Notes under the pieces: model-generated | What the model was told of the DNA's origin: nothing | Databases searched by the model: none | What the model saw: the letters and a program-made list of their open reading frames with translations, nothing else | Made by a program: the position numbers and the translations under genes | In this document: positions 58,103 through 64,000 of the stretch, piece after piece | How positions within the stretch are numbered: position 1 is the first letter of the stretch | Layout: the number at the start of each line of letters is the position of its first letter | Assembly (NCBI GenBank): GCA_002347265.1 | Contig: DDYB01000011.1 | Coordinates: 93,331 to 157,330, forward strand | Direction of reading: 5' to 3' | From: Desulfobacteraceae bacterium UBA2245 | Lineage (GTDB): Bacteria > Desulfobacterota > Desulfobacteria > Desulfobacterales > UBA2245 | Length of the DNA stretch: 64,000 nucleotides

Positions 58103-60394
58103 CTATATATCTCCCAGACCGCGCAGGCGGATTCCGAAGTCAAACCGCAGGTCTTCGTCCTCCTCGGAAAACCGCAGCTCCAACGCCCAGCACTGGGTCT
58201 GATAAACGATGCCGGCACCGTAAGAGATGTTTTCATCTGTGTGAAGGTTGCGTTCAAAATCTCCGAACAGGGCCAGCGAATCGGTCAGTTCGGTATACCC
58301 TTCCAACCAGATCGACTCACTGACATTTCGGTTGTAGCGGTGCTCCACGCTCACTTGGGCCGATCGCTGATTGCGCAGCAGCATGCGAACGTTCCGGGTC
58401 TGGAAATCTTCATCATAGACGGACCATGTTGCATCGGCCTTCAGAGCGATGAATTCCTTTGGGTTCCACCACACCTCCCCATACACCGGTGAAAACGGCT
58501 CTTCCCGCTCGCTTTCCCCGATATCATAGCTTTGTTCCAGCTCGATCCGCAAAAACGGATTGTAGCGCAACCGCTCTTCGTTTTTCAAATCTTCTTCCAG
58601 ATCCCGAAGCGCCTCCGCATTGCTTCGCGCAGGCCGCCGCACGCGGAACGCCTTTGCATCGCTTTGCGCCGGCCGCTGCGCGCTGCGGGAAATCCAGTTG
58701 CTGATCAGAGAATATACGATGCGATTTTGCTCGGAAAGAGCATCAATTTCATCAAAATAAGGATGATCGTCCTCATTGAAGTCGGAAAGGTATTGATAGG
58801 CGATTTTCGGTTGAATGCTGTGCCGGATCGCATCAGAACCGTCCTTCGAATAAATCCTGGAAATTTCGGTGGAGAATTCCAGGTTCAGGTCATACAGAGT
58901 CCTGGAAAGATCGCGGTTGTCGTCGGCGCCGGCTTCATCCCACTGGTCCACCAGCCATGAAGTCTGGCGCAAGCCGATCGATGGTTCGAAGAAAAAATAA
59001 TTTCCATAATGATACGGCAGATACACGCGGGGATGCAGGTCCATGCGTTGCCCGCTGGTTCCGGACTCCCTGTAAAAATTCGTATAGGAGGCCTCTCCAT
59101 TCCAGAACAAAGGAGTGCCCTCCCACCCCTGCTTGGCCAGAGACAGCCCTGCAAAGGGAAGCTGCTGCAGGGTATCGTCGGGCGCATCGCTCCGGCGCTT
59201 GACAACATCATCATACCACCGGCCTTCCAGGTTCAGGCTGTAGGCGTTGCCGGTCTTGAGCAGGTTGATCCAGTTGGTACGAATCCGGTCGTTATAATCG
59301 TCAAGATCTCTTCCAAAGGTTTCTGAAAAATATCTGTCGGTTTCATCAAATCCGGAATAGCCGTTTTTAAATTCGTGCAGGTAATCCTGATCGCTGACAA
59401 TGTCCAGATCCATGCGCCCGGTGAACCCGAAAGGCAGAGTCTGATCCTGCTTCATTCGAAACCAGTAGCGATCCGAATTGGGCCGGAAAGCCCCGTCGCC
59501 GGCATACCCCCAGTCTTGCGAGTCGGCGGAGACGCCATCGTCGATTTTACGGTCATTGAATCCATCGAGCATCAGCGCGCCCTTTGATTTCTTGTCCAGG
59601 ATATACCGGTATTCCATTCCCATCTTGACGCCGCGCTTTTCCATGACGTCGGCGTAAAGGGTTGCATCCGAACTGTCGTTGATCGCCCAGAAAAACGGCT
59701 GAACGTACTGAAACCCCTTGCGGTCCGAATGGCTGAATTCCGGCGTCAGCAGACCGGACTGGCGCTTGAGCTTGACCGGAAAGAACAGATAGGGCAGATA
59801 AAACACCGGCACGTCTTTGACCCACAGGGCCGCATGCTGCACCGTGCCATAGCCTTCCACGGTCACATTCAGGTTGCGGCCGGTGATCTTCCAGTCCGGC
59901 TTCTTTCCGTCACAGGACGAAAAACTGCCCCGGTCAATGGTGTATGTGCTTTTAGCGGTTTTCTGAATCGTATCGCCCTGAATGTAAAAATGGTTTTCCT
60001 GAATAAAGATGCTGCCGCCGTAAATGGTTCCGGTTTCCGAGTTCAGATCGATATCGACCCCCTCGCCGGTCAGCACATCCTTCCCGGCAATCAGCATCAC
60101 GTGCCCGTCGGCCGAGGCCTTCATCTGCTGGTGATCAAACCTCACCCTGTCGGCGGTCAGCCTGCGGTCCGCCCGGGTGATCACCACGTTTCCCTCCGCG
60201 ATGTACACCTTGCCGGGATCATCATAGGTGATCCGGTCCGCCGCGATGTTCCATGGGCCGGCATCTTCCGAACCCACCAGGTTTTCCAGATCCTGCCCGG
60301 AAGCCCGGCCTCCCATGCAGAACCAGAAACACAGCAAAGCGAATGCCAGACGGTAAAAACCCATCGAATTGAATTTTGGATTCAGGAAAACCAT
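58103..60394 (-). CDS. lptD: LPS-assembly protein LptD
   Basis: OstA/LptA-like N-terminal domain and a large aromatic-rich beta-barrel body. The start is uncertain (TTG 60424, ATG 60394 or ATG 60364). Signal peptide FYRLAFALLCFWFCMGGRASG. Confidence 0.85.
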   Translation of the reverse strand: MVFLNPKFNSMGFYRLAFALLCFWFCMGGRASGQDLENLVGSEDAGPWNIAADRITYDDPGKVYIAEGNVVITRADRRLTADRVRFDHQQMKASADGHVMLIAGKDVLTGEGVDIDLNSETGTIYGGSIFIQENHFYIQGDTIQKTAKSTYTIDRGSFSSCDGKKPDWKITGRNLNVTVEGYGTVQHAALWVKDVPVFYLPYLFFPVKLKRQSGLLTPEFSHSDRKGFQYVQPFFWAINDSSDATLYADVMEKRGVKMGMEYRYILDKKSKGALMLDGFNDRKIDDGVSADSQDWGYAGDGAFRPNSDRYWFRMKQDQTLPFGFTGRMDLDIVSDQDYLHEFKNGYSGFDETDRYFSETFGRDLDDYNDRIRTNWINLLKTGNAYSLNLEGRWYDDVVKRRSDAPDDTLQQLPFAGLSLAKQGWEGTPLFWNGEASYTNFYRESGTSGQRMDLHPRVYLPYHYGNYFFFEPSIGLRQTSWLVDQWDEAGADDNRDLSRTLYDLNLEFSTEISRIYSKDGSDAIRHSIQPKIAYQYLSDFNEDDHPYFDEIDALSEQNRIVYSLISNWISRSAQRPAQSDAKAFRVRRPARSNAEALRDLEEDLKNEERLRYNPFLRIELEQSYDIGESEREEPFSPVYGEVWWNPKEFIALKADATWSVYDEDFQTRNVRMLLRNQRSAQVSVEHRYNRNVSESIWLEGYTELTDSLALFGDFERNLHTDENISYGAGIVYQTQCWALELRFSEEDEDLRFDFGIRLRGLGDI

Positions 60395-61303
60395 TGAAAC
60401 GCAAGCCTTATACAAGATTTTCAAGCCGGCTTTTTCGGTTCAGCCTTGCGAATGCCTCCGCTAACTGTTTTAAATTTAAAGTATAAAATCCAAATCCCCG
60501 GCAAAAGTCAAGGAATGAATTTCTGAAACAGCGAATGAATGACCGCGACATGCCTGCCCGACCGGGATTGCGCTGTTTTGTCATCAACGGATTCGCCTGA
60601 ATCGTTTTTCGATGGCGTTCATATATGTTATTTCCGGTTTATATTTTCCGCAAGGCAACTTTTTTGAGCCTTTTTCCTTGTTTTTGACGGATATATACGC
60701 ATAAATCCTGCCGGGTGGATTGAAGCCATCCGGTGTCTGAAATTTCCAAACATCCTTTTAAACCGGTTCCGTTCCATGGATTTTTTTATTGGCAGTTTCT
60801 GATCCGCCCTCGGTCTGATGCGTTCCCTGGACCCCGACAGGATGAGCGTCGCGGCGGCGTCAACAAACGTCAGCCTCTTTTCAACGCTCATCGCCGGCAT
60901 ACCTCGCATACCCAATGGTTTTGACAATTTCAGCCATCAGCCGCATCGATGCAAGGCGCCGTCGAACCGCTCCGGCCCCGGGTCTGCAGATCGGGCAGGA
61001 AGTTTAAGCGAAACGGCGGGAATCCGGCATTCAAGTCATTCCAGCCCCGCCCGAATTCAAGCCCGGACGATAGGACGCCGCAGCGCTTCCGATTTATTTC
61101 CGGCCGGTAAAACCGCAGCCCATTCTCAAAAAGCCTTTGTCGGAAAAATTATTGCTTGGAATTCCCATTCTATGATGCTAAATTTCTCAACTTCGAGGCC
61201 GGGCTGTCAAAAACAAGGGGACTGAAGCTGCGGCGATAAACTCGTGAGTCCCTATAAAAAAAACCGAACCTGACTCATACCGAAAAGGTTCCGACAAGCT
61301 GCG

Positions 61304-62974
61304 ATGACACCTGAAAAATTACTGGATAGATCGGCCAAGCTCCTCGTGGCCGATTGGAAGCATCTCAAGCGCACCTTTATACTTCCTGAAAACGATGCTT
61401 CCCGGGAAACCCTTGTCAAATACATGGAGCAGATTTTATTCGGGCTTCATGATTTTCTCAGAACACACGTCGGCATCACCGAAGCGGTCAGCCTGAACGA
61501 CCTGAGCCTGAAATTTTCCGACACCACGATCAACAAAGACCCGGTAGACAAGCTGGCGAATGTGATCACGGAGCTGATCGAGGATATCGGCCCGCATGCG
61601 GTCAATGTAGCCTCTCCCTTTTTCATCGGCCATATGACCTCGGCGATTCCGTTTTTCATGGTTCATCTGAAAACGATTGTTGCAGCGCTCAATCAGAACG
61701 TGGTCAAACTGGAAACCTCAAAGGTGGTTTCGGTCATCGAAAGACAGGTCCTGGCCAAGATTCACCGGCTGATCTTCGAGCAGAGCGACGAATTTTACCG
61801 CCTTCATGTTCAGAGCAGAGACGCCAGCCTCGGCGCTTTTGTGGAAGACGGAACCCTGGCCAATATTACCGCCCTGTGGGTGGCACGCAATACGGCTTTT
61901 GCCCCCCGAAACGAATTTCAGGGCATTGAGGCGGAGGGCCTTTCCGCCGCATACCAGGCCCATGACATTCAGCGGGCCGTCGTGCTGGTTTCCCGCATGG
62001 GACATTATTCTTTGAAAAAGGCCGGAGGAATTCTGGGCATCGGCCACCAGAACGTCATTCCCATCGAGGTGGACGCAAAAAACCGGATCAATGCATCCGT
62101 TCTTGAAAAAACAATCCAGGCGATCAAGAATGATCCCGTGAAAACGCGGATCCTCGCGATGATCGGAATCGCCGGCACCACGGAAACCGGTTCCATTGAC
62201 CCGCTTGGGCGACTGGCCGATATTGCCGCAGAGCACGGCATTCATTTTCATGTGGATGCCGCCTGGGGCGGCCCGACGCTGTTGTCTGAAAAATACCGCA
62301 GCCGGCTGCGGGGCATCGAACGGGCCGACTCGGTGACCATCGATGCGCACAAGCAATTTTATCTGCCCATGACCTGCGGTATGGTGTATTTCAAGAACCC
62401 GGCCCACATGGATGCCATTGCATACCATTCCCGATACGTCAACCGGCCCGGATCGGTGGATCTGGGCATCAAATCGATTTCAGGCTCCCGGGAGGCAAAC
62501 TCCCTGATTCTTTACAGCGCACTGAGGATCATGGGAATCAACGGCTACGCCCTGCTGATCAACCACGGCATTGACACGGCCCGGCAGTTTGCAGAAGAAA
62601 TTGAGCGCCGGCCAAACTTTGAACTGACCACCCATCCGGAACTCAACATTCTGACATACCGGTTCTGCCCGCAGGAACTCAGGCCGGACCTGACCTCCGC
62701 CGACCTGTCCCGGCGCCGGCATGCCAACAAAAAGCTCAATCTGATCAATCACAAGATTCAACGCCTTCAGCGGGAAACCGGGAAAAGCTTCGTCTCACGG
62801 ACCACCTTGAAACTTGAAAAGTATGAAGACGAAATCGTGGTTTTGAGAAGCGTGATCATGAATCCGATGACCCACATCGAAATATTGAAAAGCATCCTCG
62901 ACGAACAGGAACAGATATATCTGGCAGAATTAGGCGATAAGACGGTCAGGACCGTTCAAAACACCCTTCCTTGA
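61304..62974 (+). CDS. PLP-dependent group II decarboxylase (PanP-like size; substrate unknown)
   Basis: HVDAAWGG and the PLP-lysine block SVTIDAHKQFYLP. 556 aa. Confidence 0.82.
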   Translation: MTPEKLLDRSAKLLVADWKHLKRTFILPENDASRETLVKYMEQILFGLHDFLRTHVGITEAVSLNDLSLKFSDTTINKDPVDKLANVITELIEDIGPHAVNVASPFFIGHMTSAIPFFMVHLKTIVAALNQNVVKLETSKVVSVIERQVLAKIHRLIFEQSDEFYRLHVQSRDASLGAFVEDGTLANITALWVARNTAFAPRNEFQGIEAEGLSAAYQAHDIQRAVVLVSRMGHYSLKKAGGILGIGHQNVIPIEVDAKNRINASVLEKTIQAIKNDPVKTRILAMIGIAGTTETGSIDPLGRLADIAAEHGIHFHVDAAWGGPTLLSEKYRSRLRGIERADSVTIDAHKQFYLPMTCGMVYFKNPAHMDAIAYHSRYVNRPGSVDLGIKSISGSREANSLILYSALRIMGINGYALLINHGIDTARQFAEEIERRPNFELTTHPELNILTYRFCPQELRPDLTSADLSRRRHANKKLNLINHKIQRLQRETGKSFVSRTTLKLEKYEDEIVVLRSVIMNPMTHIEILKSILDEQEQIYLAELGDKTVRTVQNTLP

Positions 62975-63073
62975 ACCGAGGTCCGAAAAAATATGCGCCG
63001 CCGTGATTCCGGGCGTCAAATGAGGCCGAAACATCCCGGCCGCGGACCAGATTGGACCCGTGGCCTCCAAATG

Positions 63074-63886
63074 CTATCCCAGCGCCACATCCAGAAACAT
63101 CATCGCTGAAAAGCCGAGCAGCGTCCAAACGGTGGCAAGATCCGCATGGCCGCTTTGCTGGGATTCGGGAATCAGTTCTTCAACCACCACAAAAATCATC
63201 GCACCCGCAGCAAAGGAAAGCGCATAAGGCAGAATCGCCTGCGTCCTCAAAACCACCCAGGCGCCGACCACCCCGGCCATGGGTTCGACCATGCCGGACA
63301 GCTGCCCGTACCAGAAACTTCTGCCTGCCGTCATCCCGTCCCGCCTCAGCGGCATGGACACGGCCAGGCCCTCTGGAAAATTCTGAATGCCGATGCCAAG
63401 CGCAAGGGCGCAGGCCGATGCAAAGGTGGCTCCGGGCAAGCCGGAAGCCGCCGCTCCGAAAGCGACTCCCACGGCCAGGCCTTCGGGGATATTGTGAAGC
63501 GTAACCGCCAGAACCAGCAGCACGCTTCGCTTCCAGCGGGTGGGAATTCCTTCCGCTGCCTCCAGAGGAAGTCCCGAATGAAGATGGGGAAGAATTCTGT
63601 CCAGAAAGGCGAGGAAAGCGCCGCCGGCAAGAAAACCGGCAACCGCCGGAAGCCATTCCGGAACAGGGCCGTTCCGCGACATTTCAATGGCAGGGGCCAG
63701 TAAAGACCAGAAGCTTGCGGCGATCATCACGCCGGCGGCAAAGCCCATCATCCCGTCGAGAACCTTCTGCCGGACGGTTTTAATCAAAAAGACGGACGCG
63801 GCCCCCAGTGCTGTTACAGCCCAGGTAAAGCTGGTGGCCGCAAGCGCCTGACAAACCGGATGCAACGCTGAAAAACCTTCAGGCAT
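63074..63886 (-). CDS. ZIP family metal transporter (ZupT-like)
   Basis: Eight hydrophobic segments and the signature [10 protein letters not shown], plus a second [10 protein letters not shown]. Confidence 0.88.
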   Translation of the reverse strand: MPEGFSALHPVCQALAATSFTWAVTALGAASVFLIKTVRQKVLDGMMGFAAGVMIAASFWSLLAPAIEMSRNGPVPEWLPAVAGFLAGGAFLAFLDRILPHLHSGLPLEAAEGIPTRWKRSVLLVLAVTLHNIPEGLAVGVAFGAAASGLPGATFASACALALGIGIQNFPEGLAVSMPLRRDGMTAGRSFWYGQLSGMVEPMAGVVGAWVVLRTQAILPYALSFAAGAMIFVVVEELIPESQQSGHADLATVWTLLGFSAMMFLDVALG

Positions 63887-64000
63887 CGTCGCCTCGCTTC
63901 ATGATCAAGCCCGTTGGAATCTTGAATAGTTTAAGTTCCGCCGCTCCGGGGTTCGAAGCCCGTTTCCTTCCGCGCCCTGAATGAGCCGCATCCTGCGAGC

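Noticed and set aside
60628-61225. ORFs 60628..60927 (minus, 99 aa, very basic) and 60818..61225 (plus, 135 aa) in the lptD-decarboxylase gap.
   Set aside because: They overlap each other, have no SD or recognisable motifs, and have biased composition. I kept them only as part of the unexplained-gap finding.

Overview
This is a dense chromosomal window of about 55 protein genes and one tRNA. It is moderately GC-rich with a few sharply AT-rich intergenic islands.

The content is overwhelmingly housekeeping:
- Replication and repair: dnaE, holB, recJ, ftsK.
- Translation and RNA: rpsA, metG, miaB, RNase J, two TsaC/YrdC paralogs, tRNA-Leu(CAA).
- Nucleotide and amino-acid synthesis: a purD-purE fusion, guaB, cmk, hisC, dapB.
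- Envelope: plsC, plsB, ddl, lptD, sppA, a PBP, sugar-nucleotide genes.
- A four-subunit 2-oxoacid:ferredoxin oxidoreductase operon.

The gene set suggests an anaerobic Gram-negative organism, possibly Desulfobacterota-like. That is an inference only.

I found no CRISPR array, transposase, integrase, phage gene, toxin-antitoxin pair or recognisable defence system. I cannot point to a convincing new multi-gene system.

The observations most worth a second look are:
1. A ~150-bp imperfect-palindromic element occurs twice (5737..5888 and 30222..30372). Each copy lies directly upstream of a minus-strand gene start (hsp20, sppA) and carries a sigma-54-type GG-N10-GC motif aimed at that gene.
2. Three enzyme-level oddities: a PurD-PurE fusion; a MurU-AmgK-type fusion packed between plsB and dapB with a NamZ-like gene nearby; and an Fe-ADH plus DegT-aminotransferase pair resembling the KdnB/KdnA Kdo8N pathway.
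3. A NusG paralog sits between lptD and a long same-strand gene string that ends in that KdnA/KdnB-like pair.
4. A deviant P-loop NTPase heads the oxidoreductase operon.
5. Several structured or repeat-bearing noncoding stretches: three TATAGGGG boxes, a three-way-junction-plus-hairpin region at 47182..47280, and long unexplained gaps at 5889..6395 and 60425..61303.

Start codons were adjusted by eye from the ORF track, and several are TTG or GTG. All functional calls rest on motifs I could read in the translations, not on database searches.
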